Of a stretch of 47,872 bases of DNA, positions 1 through 8,865 are shown piece by piece. The notes under the pieces are model-generated. The model made no database searches. It had not been told where the DNA came from and saw only the letters and a list, made by a program, of their open reading frames with translations. Positions within the stretch are counted from its first letter, which is position 1. Every line of letters starts with the position of its first letter. Source of the DNA: an uncultured Candidatus Saccharibacteria bacterium (GTDB lineage Bacteria; Patescibacteriota; Minisyncoccia; Phycocordibacterales; SBAW01); contig CAYRYM010000001.1 of the NCBI GenBank assembly GCA_964428705.1, positions 1-47,872 on the forward strand, written 5' to 3'. The position numbers and the translations under genes are program-made.

Positions 1-1356
1 GGGTACGGGCTCAGTAGGCAGTGCAGCCACATCAACCACAACGAGCGGAGATTCTGCCGGCTCGGCTACCTCTGCCTCTTGCTGAGGCTCATCATCGCGG
101 CTGCGCGAGCCGCCCAAGTACGTTATTTTTTTGGGCGCCTCGGCCTCGGCGGCTGCCGCAGGCTCGGGCACGCGGGCAAACACCGGTGCGCTCGCAACTG
201 CGCTGCCCAAGTCTCCCAGCAGGTCTTTGTACTCGTCATGGCCCAAGCTCGATCCGTACAGTTTGGAAAGTATATCAAAGCCTGTTGGTTGGGCCTGCGT
301 CTGTGCCGCGTTGCTCACTCCTACATCCTTAACAACCTTAGTGGCCAGGCCGTATGCGCCCTGTACAACAGATGCCAAAACATTGCCCGCGGCCACAGCG
401 GCCACTTGCACGGCTCCGGCACCCGTCTTTATACCCGTGGCGGCCGCGTCGGCCACACCGTAGCCGACCTTGGCGGCCTGGTAGCCCAGCCCCGCATTGG
501 GCGCAGTAAAGCACTCACCGGTGTCGCTTGCAGCCTCGGGTTTGAGCTTGCCGAGTGCCGAGTGGATGTCGCCCACCACGCGATCGGGCGCCTCTGCCAG
601 GTATGTGCCGCTAAAGCTGTGGCCATAATTGGCAGACGAGAGCGAGATGTTGGCAGGCAGTATCTCTTTTTTAGGTACAGCGTTGGCGGCAGCAAGGGGC
701 ACAAGGCCCTGCGCGGCGTTTGTCACAATGAGGCGCGCCGCGTTTATTATCGAGTCGTTAGACGAGGTAAGGTACCTGCCGCCGCCCGCCACCGACGACG
801 CCGGCGAGCCTGCCTGATACACGCCCACGGAGGCCCTGGGGCTGCCGTGCTCAAGCAAGTAGTCGTACATCTCGTTGGCATAAAAGGAGCCCTGCGAGTG
901 CCCCACCAACAACAGCCGACGGGTGGTCACCTGCGGATGCACCTGCATCAGTATGGTATTGAGGTCGAACCTCGATATTGAAGAGTCCAAGGCCTGCGCC
1001 GCGGCATGGGCAATATCCCCTAACCCACCAACATGCGACGGGTTGTATCCGTTTATGAATTTTGCCGTACTATTCGGAATCTGCTTTTTGTATGCACCTC
1101 TTAGCTGATCAAGGTCGCTCTGTGCTGCTGACGGAGAAGTAAATATTCCGTTTATATAAACAACCGTAGCTCCATCGCTTTTACAAGCCGCAAAAACAAC
1201 TGAGGGCGACAATAATATTAGACTAAAGAGAAAGATCGCAATCTTCCCCGTCTGGCAAAGTATAGGAAACCATGAATTTACCCCGAATTTCCTCTCGGTA
1301 CTCTTTTCGATCTTTTGTATTAAACACAAGGTCTTCGACCTCTTTTTGTCTTCCAT
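1..1356 (-). CDS. secreted alpha/beta-hydrolase (lipase/esterase-like), 3' end beyond the window
   Basis: Hand translation shows the minus-strand frame open from nt 1356 to nt 1. It is absent from the ORF track because no stop lies inside the window. In-frame starts are ATG 1356, TTG 1329 and TTG 1212. It contains LLLVGHSQGSFYANEMYDYL (GxSxG nucleophile elbow). The N-terminal region KIAIFLFSLILLSPSVVFAAC looks like a signal peptide with a lipobox-like FAAC. Confidence 0.6.
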   Translation of the reverse strand, partial: MEDKKRSKTLCLIQKIEKSTERKFGVNSWFPILCQTGKIAIFLFSLILLSPSVVFAACKSDGATVVYINGIFTSPSAAQSDLDQLRGAYKKQIPNSTAKFINGYNPSHVGGLGDIAHAAAQALDSSISRFDLNTILMQVHPQVTTRRLLLVGHSQGSFYANEMYDYLLEHGSPRASVGVYQAGSPASSVAGGGRYLTSSNDSIINAARLIVTNAAQGLVPLAAANAVPKKEILPANISLSSANYGHSFSGTYLAEAPDRVVGDIHSALGKLKPEAASDTGECFTAPNAGLGYQAAKVGYGVADAAATGIKTGAGAVQVAAVAAGNVLASVVQGAYGLATKVVKDVGVSNAAQTQAQPTGFDILSKLYGSSLGHDEYKDLLGDLGSAVASAPVFARVPEPAAAAEAEAPKKITYLGGSRSRDDEPQQEAEVAEPAESPLVVVDVAALPTEPVP

Positions 1357-1777
1357 ATACACAAGCAACTCCTCTGCCTTGTTCTTGCATCACCGCTACA
1401 AGAGTTGGGGAATTGTATACATGGGTAAACTCCATTTGTAAAGCCTTGGCGTATTGGAAGGCCGGAGCAGCCTCGCGGGCAGAAGCCTGATATTTAAAGT
1501 AGATGGCGCGCTCCACATCGTCGCGGATGCCGTTGTTGTTTACATCTATGCCGGCCAGAGTAGCGTCGTTTGCGGCCTTGTCGGGCTCTTGCGGCAAGTC
1601 GCCAAACACGTCCTCCTGTGTAAGCCGGTTGGCGTGTATGGCAGTGACTGCCGCGTTGGTGTCGTCGGCCTCATAAAGGAGCTTGAGCCGCCACGCGACC
1701 AGCACAATAAAACCGACTACCAATACAAATAGCGGCCAGCGGGCGTAGTGCCAAATTTTTGCAAGCGCGTTTCTCAT
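1223..1777 (-). CDS. membrane-anchored hypothetical protein
   Basis: 184-aa ORF with one N-terminal hydrophobic helix (WPLFVLVVGFIVLVAW). The rest is hydrophilic and I recognise no catalytic motif. TAG stop at 1223-1225. Its 3' end overlaps the possible starts of the downstream hydrolase in another frame. Confidence 0.55.
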   Translation of the reverse strand: MRNALAKIWHYARWPLFVLVVGFIVLVAWRLKLLYEADDTNAAVTAIHANRLTQEDVFGDLPQEPDKAANDATLAGIDVNNNGIRDDVERAIYFKYQASAREAAPAFQYAKALQMEFTHVYNSPTLVAVMQEQGRGVACVYGRQKEVEDLVFNTKDRKEYREEIRGKFMVSYTLPDGEDCDLSL

Positions 1778-1804
1778 AGCGGCTGATACTACAATAGTAC
1801 GCCC

Positions 1805-1844
1805 AAAAATAAAACCGCCCGGGTCGCTCAGCGACGCGGACGGG
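1805..1844 (-). terminator. intrinsic terminator after the 1847 ORF
   Basis: On the minus strand, directly after the TAG at 1847: CCGTCCG(C)GTCGC-TGA-GCGAC(C)CGGGCGG. This is about a 12-bp stem with one mismatch, followed by TTTTATTTTT. Confidence 0.55.
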
Positions 1845-1846
1845 TA

Positions 1847-2137
1847 CTACTCGGCGGCTTGTTTTGCAGCTTGGGGTCGGTTGGGGTCGGCAACCTCGGC
1901 GTAGTAGTGCCACATGTACTCGGGCAACTCGCCGTCTTCCGCCTCCAGAAAGCTGAGGCAGTCCAGTTCGGCCTGCTTCATGCCGTACTTTACCCCGTGT
2001 TTTTTGGCGTACCACTCAAGGCAGGTCCTAAACACGTGGATTTTGTTGCCCAACAGGTCCCCTACCCCCATATGTTTTTGGAGGGCGGCAAACAGCTGGT
2101 CTTCAGTGTAGCTCTTACCGTTGATGGCAATGTGCAT
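1847..2137 (-). CDS. small hypothetical protein (96 aa from the first ATG)
   Basis: The ORF-track entry 1847..2302 begins at a TTG that would overlap the flippase start head-to-head. The first ATG is at 2137 (MHIAINGKSY...). A terminator right after its stop supports a real gene. No known motif. Confidence 0.4.
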   Translation of the reverse strand: MHIAINGKSYTEDQLFAALQKHMGVGDLLGNKIHVFRTCLEWYAKKHGVKYGMKQAELDCLSFLEAEDGELPEYMWHYYAEVADPNRPQAAKQAAE

Positions 2138-2248
2138 TTGCGCCTCGCAAGGTTCATTATCTCTGCGGTTATAGTAGCCTAGCCGGACAGAGGGTTCAAC
2201 ATTCTCACACTGCCTTTGAAACTCGCAGTCCTTGGCCGGGGTTGTAGA

Positions 2249-3532
2249 ATGGCTACTATGGTAAGGCGCTTGCGGAACTCCCTCTATATATTGCTGCGCC
2301 AAAGCGAGCAGTACACCAAGACAGACATGGTGTATGTTGCGCGCGGCGGGTTTTGGAGCGTGGCAGGCAGTATTGCCACCACCATCATCGCCGCGGCCGT
2401 CTTGCTCGCGTTTGCCAACCTCCTGCCCAAGGAGTCGTACGGAACATACCAGTACATATTGACCATGATAGACCTGTTCGGGATTTTTGCGCTTGCGGGG
2501 ATGGACACCGCGGTGGGACGCTCAACCGCGCGCGGGCTTGAAGGATCATGGAAGGACGCGCTGTCGGTCAAGATACGCTGGGGCCTTATCGGCGGGGCAG
2601 GCTCGCTTATGCTCGGTCTGTACTATATCGTGCAGGGCAACAGCTTGCTTGGCGGTGCATTTATGCTGGCGGGCCTGCTCATCCCGTTCTGGGAGGCGGC
2701 AAGCGTCTACAGCACATATCTGCAGGGGAAGAAGCGATTCGATCTTCTCAATAGTGCGGACGTAGTGATGCAGCTTGGATCTGCACTTGCCGTCATATGC
2801 ACCCTGCTCTTGACCGACAATATTCTGATTCTGCTTACGGTGTACTTGGTTACATACGGCACGCTGCGACTGCTGCTGCTTTTGGCGACACTCCGGGTTT
2901 TGCCTCCGAACGACAAGCGCGACCCGGAGCTGGTGCCGTACGGAAAGAAGCTGACGTGGGTGTCCGTCATGGGCAACTTGGCCAGCAACGCCGACAAGAT
3001 AATCATTTGGCAGTTCTTGGGACCCGCATCGGTCGCCATATACGCATTTTCACAATCGATTCCGCTGCGCGCTATCGGGTTTCTTAAAATAATCAACCGG
3101 CTCGCCTTCCCAAAGATGGCCGCGCAGGAAAACGACCAGCTCCAGGGCTCGCTTATGCGCAAGATACTCCCTTTTGTCGCAGTGAGTGCGATTGGAGCTC
3201 TTGCGTATGCCGCAGCGGCACCGTACTTGTTTGCCTGGTTCTTGCCGCAATATGTTGATGCCGTGCCCTACACTATCGTAGTCGGGCTCTTAATAGCGTT
3301 GCAGCCCTTTTCACTCATTTCGTCCGCATTTACCGCGCAGGCAATGCAGCGCGAGATATGGCAATGGAGTATCGCGACGCCAATCATGCGACTTGCGCTG
3401 TTCGCCTGCTTCATACCCTTGTGGGGACTTTGGGGAGCGGTGTTTGCGCTGGTAGGCTCAAAGGCGGCAGAATCGGCCCTTCTTGTCGCTCTGTTTCTGC
3501 GGCGCGCAAACAAGACCACTGCAGCTATTTAG
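2249..3532 (+). CDS. polysaccharide/oligosaccharide flippase (Wzx-like, MOP superfamily)
   Basis: Polytopic membrane protein of about 427 aa. The N-terminus MATMVRRLRNSLYILLRQSEQ...GGFWSVAGSIATTIIAAAVLL is typical of Wzx-type flippases. First ATG at 2249 (the listed start 2216 is TTG). Sits in a glycosyltransferase cluster. Confidence 0.75.
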   Translation: MATMVRRLRNSLYILLRQSEQYTKTDMVYVARGGFWSVAGSIATTIIAAAVLLAFANLLPKESYGTYQYILTMIDLFGIFALAGMDTAVGRSTARGLEGSWKDALSVKIRWGLIGGAGSLMLGLYYIVQGNSLLGGAFMLAGLLIPFWEAASVYSTYLQGKKRFDLLNSADVVMQLGSALAVICTLLLTDNILILLTVYLVTYGTLRLLLLLATLRVLPPNDKRDPELVPYGKKLTWVSVMGNLASNADKIIIWQFLGPASVAIYAFSQSIPLRAIGFLKIINRLAFPKMAAQENDQLQGSLMRKILPFVAVSAIGALAYAAAAPYLFAWFLPQYVDAVPYTIVVGLLIALQPFSLISSAFTAQAMQREIWQWSIATPIMRLALFACFIPLWGLWGAVFALVGSKAAESALLVALFLRRANKTTAAI

Positions 3533-6005
3533 GCCGGTACAAATAAGGAAAGGCACGCACGGCTTGGTCAATTTTGGCATCCTGAGATCCTTCCTCCGCG
3601 CTCCAGCCCCCGCCTTGCAGTGCAGCAATGACAAGCCTGCGCAGGCCTACACGCTTAAAGTCATGCATGCGGGTTACGACAGTGTCGCCCTCCTGCAGGG
3701 TGCCGAACAGCGCAGACTCCTGCAACGAGAGCGGCTCCGACTCGGTGCCGATGCGCACAGCGGTACACACGGCATCGCCCAGCAGCTCAATCGCGTCAGC
3801 GCCCTGCTGCGGCCTGTCACACACCGTCGCGCGCTCACCAGCAATAAGCAGGCTCCCGGTGGCGTAGTCTCTGGGCTCGACAAGGGTAACCGGCACGCCG
3901 CCGCACCGCAGATGCACAGTATTAAATATCCTGTACGCGCTCGTTATCTTGCCGGGAGTGGGGCCGCCAACCAAAGCCCTAATAAGCGCCACGGCATGAT
4001 AGCGGTATGCGCTCTTGTGCAAGACAATGCTCTTGGGAGGGCCTGCGGCACGGGCCGCGAGCGCAACCCAGGGCATGTAGACACTGTCCTCCTCCGCATA
4101 TATGCGGCCAAATGCGCGCTCGGCCGCACGGTATTCTTCCCCGATAGGGGTCGGCAGTATCACCGTCAGGTGTGAGCAATCATACTGGGACAAGGCCTCG
4201 AGTATCGGAGCAACCTGTACCGGAGGGACCGAGAGGTACAGCAGGCGCGCACCTGCTATGTCAGACGCTGAAATCGACGAGAGCGGGCAAACATCATACG
4301 AGCGGGCAGCCCCGGCCAAAAGCCGAGGCGTGCGGGCAAAAAAGCGCGCCGACAAGCCCAGCGACTCTAAGACCGACAGTATGTCGGCCTGTACTCGCCT
4401 ACCCGCACCGACAACAAGCACGTCAGAGCCTACGGGCGCCGGCGTGCGCACGGCGGACAGCTTGTCTTGCAGGTGGTCGGCAAGCTTGATAGAAAGAGCC
4501 ACCATAAGCATGGTCGGATTTGCATTGCCTGCCGTAGGGCATACCGACCCTCCTGCCGCATATACGTTGCTTGCGGTATGCACACGCAGGTCCTCGTTAA
4601 CAACCGAGGTCTTGGGGTCTTTGCCCATGCGCGTAGTGCCCAAGTGGTGGCTTGCGTCCTCGTCGGGCGGCTGCACGTCGGCGTCACCCATATCGACAGT
4701 ACCCAGCCCCAGGCGCTCAAGCTCGTTGCGGAGCGTCGACACAAGCATGCGCCAGCTCATTATGTCTTTTTGGCTTAGCGCGTGGTGTACGCGCGCCTTG
4801 GGCGACCCTAGCGCGTCGCGCTCAAGGCTAAGCTGCACCCTGTTTTGCGCCTGCGGCTCCATATCCAGAAAAAAGCGCATCCTGAGCCGGCGCGGCTTGG
4901 GAACTTTGCCGTATGCCGCCCGCGACACCAGCATGAATGCAAGGCGCGGCAGTGCAAGCGCCACGCTCCACGCTTGTCCCGTCAGCGCACCGGTACCCGA
5001 CCCGGAACGCGTCCAGGCCCTGAGTTCCCTAGCAAAAGACTTGGCTAGGGCTATCTCGCGCCGCTCGCTCCAGGGGAAGTCGGGCATAATCTGCACGTAC
5101 GCATTAAGCGCCCCCATTTCTCTTTGGGTCTTGTCGGAAAGCCGCAGACCCATATAGCCGCTGTACGGACCGTGGCTCATGCCGGCGTAGGCAGGAAGCG
5201 AAGGGAAATCCTTGGCAAGGCGTATGTATCCGCGATATCCCTTGGGATGGTCCATCAGGTAGCGGCCAACCTGGTCATGCTCATTGCCGATACCAGCGCC
5301 GTTATCCGAACTCAGCAGCAGGCGTGCATTCTCTATCGCGCCTGCTGCCAGCACAAACGCCCGCGCACGGATCTCAAACGCCTCGCCCTCGGGGGTCTTG
5401 CAAGATACCGACGCCGCAGCCTGTCCGTTGGGCGCGCGCATAAGTCCTACGGCGGCCGCGCCTAGCACAAGGTCGACATGCGGGCGGGCAAACAATGCGC
5501 GGAACTCCCGGCCGAAGTTCGGTGCGGCGCGATTAGCCAAGAACACCTTTGCAGTGAGTTTTTCCCACGGCAGGTCTGCACCGGGCGCAAATGCCTTTGG
5601 CTCAAACAGCTCAAGCGGGGGAAACTGGTACCGCCGGCTCGCACGCGCGAGATACGGACGCAGGGCATCCTCAGGCAGGGGCCAGCCCTCGTACGACTCA
5701 AACCCCGGACGCGGCAGATAATCGCCGGGGTCAAACAGCGCGGAGAGCCCGCGCCATGTGGAAGAGCTGCCGCCCAGCACCCGCTCGCGAGAGCTGTCGC
5801 GTATTATCAGACCCGTCTGCTCAAGGCTGCGCATGGAGTCGGAGAATTTGCTTTTGCTCTCGTCTCCGCTTTCAATAACGCATATCGACAGCCCGGTATC
5901 GGCAAGCTCGGCGGCGACCGTCATGCCCGAAGGGCCCGAGCCTACGATGCAGAGGTCGTACTCGGACGCCGTTTGGCGGGCTGCTTCTTGCGCGCGCCTG
6001 ATCAT
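3525..6005 (-). CDS. GMC-family FAD oxidoreductase fused to a C-terminal Rossmann-like (Gfo/Idh/MocA-like) domain
   Basis: N-terminal YDLCIVGSGPSGMTVAAELA (FAD GxGxxG). GMC C-terminal signature HHLGTTRMGKDPKTSVVNEDLRVHTASNVYAAGGSVCPTAGNANPTMLMVAL. It is followed by about 290 aa starting VLVVGAGRRVQADILSVLESLG. ATG 6005 forms an ATGA overlap with the upstream stop (the listed start 6035 is TTG). Confidence 0.75.
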   Translation of the reverse strand: MIRRAQEAARQTASEYDLCIVGSGPSGMTVAAELADTGLSICVIESGDESKSKFSDSMRSLEQTGLIIRDSSRERVLGGSSSTWRGLSALFDPGDYLPRPGFESYEGWPLPEDALRPYLARASRRYQFPPLELFEPKAFAPGADLPWEKLTAKVFLANRAAPNFGREFRALFARPHVDLVLGAAAVGLMRAPNGQAAASVSCKTPEGEAFEIRARAFVLAAGAIENARLLLSSDNGAGIGNEHDQVGRYLMDHPKGYRGYIRLAKDFPSLPAYAGMSHGPYSGYMGLRLSDKTQREMGALNAYVQIMPDFPWSERREIALAKSFARELRAWTRSGSGTGALTGQAWSVALALPRLAFMLVSRAAYGKVPKPRRLRMRFFLDMEPQAQNRVQLSLERDALGSPKARVHHALSQKDIMSWRMLVSTLRNELERLGLGTVDMGDADVQPPDEDASHHLGTTRMGKDPKTSVVNEDLRVHTASNVYAAGGSVCPTAGNANPTMLMVALSIKLADHLQDKLSAVRTPAPVGSDVLVVGAGRRVQADILSVLESLGLSARFFARTPRLLAGAARSYDVCPLSSISASDIAGARLLYLSVPPVQVAPILEALSQYDCSHLTVILPTPIGEEYRAAERAFGRIYAEEDSVYMPWVALAARAAGPPKSIVLHKSAYRYHAVALIRALVGGPTPGKITSAYRIFNTVHLRCGGVPVTLVEPRDYATGSLLIAGERATVCDRPQQGADAIELLGDAVCTAVRIGTESEPLSLQESALFGTLQEGDTVVTRMHDFKRVGLRRLVIAALQGGGWSAEEGSQDAKIDQAVRAFPYLYRPK

Positions 6006-7135
6006 GCTCCTAGTTTTATCAATAAACGCGCACAAGCGCCATATACTTGGTCTACCGTTATCGCATTAAGCTGGCGCTCGACTTCTTTTGCGTCATACTG
6101 ATGCACATTCATAAGATACATTTGCGCCACACGCGGCCCGGGAGGCACTACCCTCTCGTGCATGTCTCCGCGCGGCGCCTGCTCTTCCTCATACACTGGA
6201 CCCAGTACGTCTACCGTCGGGACTCCAAACGCCTCCGCAATATAGACAGGGCCCGTGTCGGGAGCGACAAACAGGTCCATGAGGGACACCGCCGCCTTGA
6301 GCTCGTCTATGGACAATGCTCCCGACAGGTCCACAACGCGCGTCTTGGGGCTTATCGCTTCGAGCATCTCTTTGGTTTCATCCGCGTCGCGATGCCCGCC
6401 AAACACAAATATGACTACGCCGAACTCCGCACTCAGCCTGTCGGCCAGCGCCGCAAAGCGCTTACTCCCCCAATTTTTTGCCTTAAATCCGGCCGACGGC
6501 GATATGCCGACCCAAAGCAGGCTTTTGTCTGCATTACCAGTCACGCTCTCGGCTACTCTAAGCGCCTGCGGTGAGTATGCCAGATGCTTTGTCGTATCGT
6601 CCTCGTGTACACCCAAGGGCGCAAGCAGGCGCAGGTATTCTCCCGGGCCGTAGTGCTTCATGCGATGCTCGACGACGGCAAAACCCGCCATGACGCGCAA
6701 CGAGCGGTACCAGAGGGTTTCAAAGGGCGACGAGCCGTTCACCACCTTGGGGACGACGACGAATGGGATGCCGGCCAGGTACGCCACCATGGCGCAGATA
6801 ATGTCCGGAGTAGTGATGACTGCGGCGTCAAAGCGCCCGCTGCGCGCCCTCTTAAATACGGATACTATGCCGTCAAATACCTCATATTGGTCAACGTCCG
6901 CACTGCCCTCAAGCACCTCCCTATTTATCGCGTTTCCGAATACCGTGAGGACGACGTCCGGATGTGCGCGCTTGAGTGCCCGGAAAACCGGGGTCGTGCA
7001 GACCATGTCGCCAAGCTTCGCCATCTGGAACACCGCCACCCGGCGCAGCGCTACAGGCGCGCTGTCAGCGGGCCCCCGGCCCAGGCGAAACAGCACGCAT
7101 GCACACCACAACAAGGGTACGACAAGGGCTCTCAT
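6002..7135 (-). CDS. glycosyltransferase family 9 (heptosyltransferase-like)
   Basis: RRVAVFQMAKLGDMVCTTPVFRALKRAHPDVVLTVFG matches the GT9 N-terminal LGDxxxxxP...LK pattern. Length (377 aa) and GT-B layout are consistent. Confidence 0.7.
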   Translation of the reverse strand: MRALVVPLLWCACVLFRLGRGPADSAPVALRRVAVFQMAKLGDMVCTTPVFRALKRAHPDVVLTVFGNAINREVLEGSADVDQYEVFDGIVSVFKRARSGRFDAAVITTPDIICAMVAYLAGIPFVVVPKVVNGSSPFETLWYRSLRVMAGFAVVEHRMKHYGPGEYLRLLAPLGVHEDDTTKHLAYSPQALRVAESVTGNADKSLLWVGISPSAGFKAKNWGSKRFAALADRLSAEFGVVIFVFGGHRDADETKEMLEAISPKTRVVDLSGALSIDELKAAVSLMDLFVAPDTGPVYIAEAFGVPTVDVLGPVYEEEQAPRGDMHERVVPPGPRVAQMYLMNVHQYDAKEVERQLNAITVDQVYGACARLLIKLGA

Positions 7136-7138
7136 ACG

Positions 7139-7792
7139 TTACTTTTTTGCGTGCACATAATATCCGGCCGTCATGATAGCGCGCTCAGCGTGCCTGCCAA
7201 GCGGATTATTACGCCCGTATTCTTTCCTGATGAGCCAGCCCAGCGGCGCCGTGCAGCGCGCCAGCAGAAGAAGCAGGGACTTTGTCAGTACTCCTCCGCG
7301 CAGATCGCTCTGGTAGGCAACGCGCTGGAGCAAATGGCCGAATGTCTCCGGAGTGGTGTTCTCCTCCTCAATAGACACTTCGCTCCAGTCGCGCAGAAGG
7401 TGGCCAAGACCGTAGCGCGTAAACCTAAAGTAGTCCCCCGGCGCATCGTGTATCGGAGCCATAAAGCGGGTGGTCAGGATAAGCTCGCCTCCCGGCTTAA
7501 GCACGCGGTGCATTTCGTCAATGGCCTGCTGGGGCGTATGCAGATGCTCGAGCACTTCGGTGCACAGGATCCGCTCGAACTTCTCCGACTCAAAAGGGAG
7601 CGTATGGGCGTCGCCCACAACATCCACGGAAGGCCCGGCCCGCTCATCAAGCCCGATACGGTTGGGAAAATATTCCTTGTAATAGCTGCTGCCGCTGCCA
7701 ATCTCGAGCGTATAGGCATCGGAGGCATGCCGCGCGATAAACGGCTGCATGCGGCCGCGCGATATTTTGGACAGCAAGAATTTTTTAAGCAT
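7139..7792 (-). CDS. class I SAM-dependent methyltransferase
   Basis: LEIGSGSS (motif I)...ILCTEVLEHLHTPQQAIDEMHRVLKPGGELILTT. The internal ATG 7792 is preferred because the listed ATG 7969 would overlap the upstream GT4 by 185 nt. Confidence 0.75.
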   Translation of the reverse strand: MLKKFLLSKISRGRMQPFIARHASDAYTLEIGSGSSYYKEYFPNRIGLDERAGPSVDVVGDAHTLPFESEKFERILCTEVLEHLHTPQQAIDEMHRVLKPGGELILTTRFMAPIHDAPGDYFRFTRYGLGHLLRDWSEVSIEEENTTPETFGHLLQRVAYQSDLRGGVLTKSLLLLLARCTAPLGWLIRKEYGRNNPLGRHAERAIMTAGYYVHAKK

Positions 7793-8861
7793 GGCTTGAG
7801 ATAAAATCGGATACGGCTTTTGCGCGGTTGTCCCACGTATAACGCTCGACATCACGGCGGGCCCTGGCTCCCAGCCTCTCTGCGAGCATAGGGTCCTTGG
7901 CCAATGTCCGCAAGCCGTCCGCAAGCGCCCCAGGGTCGTCAGGAGAGACGAGCACGGCACTACTTTCATTTAGAACTTCCCGCACGGACGGGAGGTTGCT
8001 TGCGACAATGGGCCTGCCGGAAGCCATGTATTCAAACATCTTCATGGGCGACGTCGAGATTCGGGATATTTCTTCCTTGGCGGAGTTGGGCAGCACGAGC
8101 GCATCGGCAGCCTTCAAATACAGCGGGATATCGGCATGCGGCTTATGCCCTACCAGTATGACGTTTTGCACCGGAGGGTGGTGCGCGTTGAAGTAGTCTA
8201 TATAATGCGGCTTGCCGCCCACTATAACGATCTTGTGCGCATCGTCCATCAGCTTGCCCGCTTCGTACAAAACCCCGGCGCCTTTCCATGGCTCGTCTAT
8301 GGTGCCCGCGTACACCGCCAAAAAACCCTCCGGCAGGCCCAGAGACCGGCGGGCATCAGCCTTGCTAAGTGCGATATCAAACTGCGCGATGCTTACGGCG
8401 TCAGGGGCGACTAGTATCCGGCCCTCTGCATGCCCCTTCTCGACAAGTGCATTCTTGAGCCCTTGCGTTATAACGACAATACCGTCCAGATGTCTCAGAA
8501 GAAGGCGGTACCACCAGCCCGTGTGCCAGAAATGATGCAACTCGAAAAAAAACTTGACCGGCTGGCGAAACCAAAGACGGTTGTAGAGCATCATAAAAAA
8601 CAGCAACCTCTCCTCGCGGCAGTACATGTGGGTGACGCCCCGTGCCCCGGCCAAGTGCAAATACCTCCACGCCAAAAAAAAGCTGCGCCCACCCGACATC
8701 TCTACGACAGGAAAGTCGAGCGCGTCTCCTTTGTTCTGATGCAGGCCCAGGACAAACCCGTCTCCCAGGACACCGGCAAGTGCGCGTGACATGCTTACAA
8801 TCTGCAGGCGATTAGCCCTGGTTGACGGCAAGTCTATAGATGTAGCGTATAAAAGATTCAT
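7785..8861 (-). CDS. GT4 family glycosyltransferase
   Basis: C-terminal EEISRISTSPMKMFEYMASGRPIVASNLPSVREVL (EX7E motif). ATG 8861 gives a typical GT4 N-terminus, MNLLYATSIDLPSTRANRLQIV. Confidence 0.8.
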   Translation of the reverse strand: MNLLYATSIDLPSTRANRLQIVSMSRALAGVLGDGFVLGLHQNKGDALDFPVVEMSGGRSFFLAWRYLHLAGARGVTHMYCREERLLFFMMLYNRLWFRQPVKFFFELHHFWHTGWWYRLLLRHLDGIVVITQGLKNALVEKGHAEGRILVAPDAVSIAQFDIALSKADARRSLGLPEGFLAVYAGTIDEPWKGAGVLYEAGKLMDDAHKIVIVGGKPHYIDYFNAHHPPVQNVILVGHKPHADIPLYLKAADALVLPNSAKEEISRISTSPMKMFEYMASGRPIVASNLPSVREVLNESSAVLVSPDDPGALADGLRTLAKDPMLAERLGARARRDVERYTWDNRAKAVSDFISSHA

Positions 8862-8865
8862 GTTT

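Noticed and set aside
79-981. 300-aa plus-strand ORF at the left edge, plus overlapping plus ORFs at 21..332 and 131..463
   Set aside because: It is antisense to the much longer open minus-strand frame, which carries a real GHSQG hydrolase motif. The product is Arg/Gly/Ala-rich, typical of spurious ORFs in GC-rich DNA.
4102-5157. 351-aa plus-strand ORF inside the GMC oxidoreductase gene
   Set aside because: It is antisense to a gene with clear FAD and GMC signatures. The product is Ser/Arg/Ala low-complexity.
6584-7804. 406-aa plus-strand ORF
   Set aside because: It spans the GT9 and methyltransferase genes on the opposite strand and crosses their intergenic junction. The product is Arg-rich with no motifs. 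It is a GC-rich antisense artefact.
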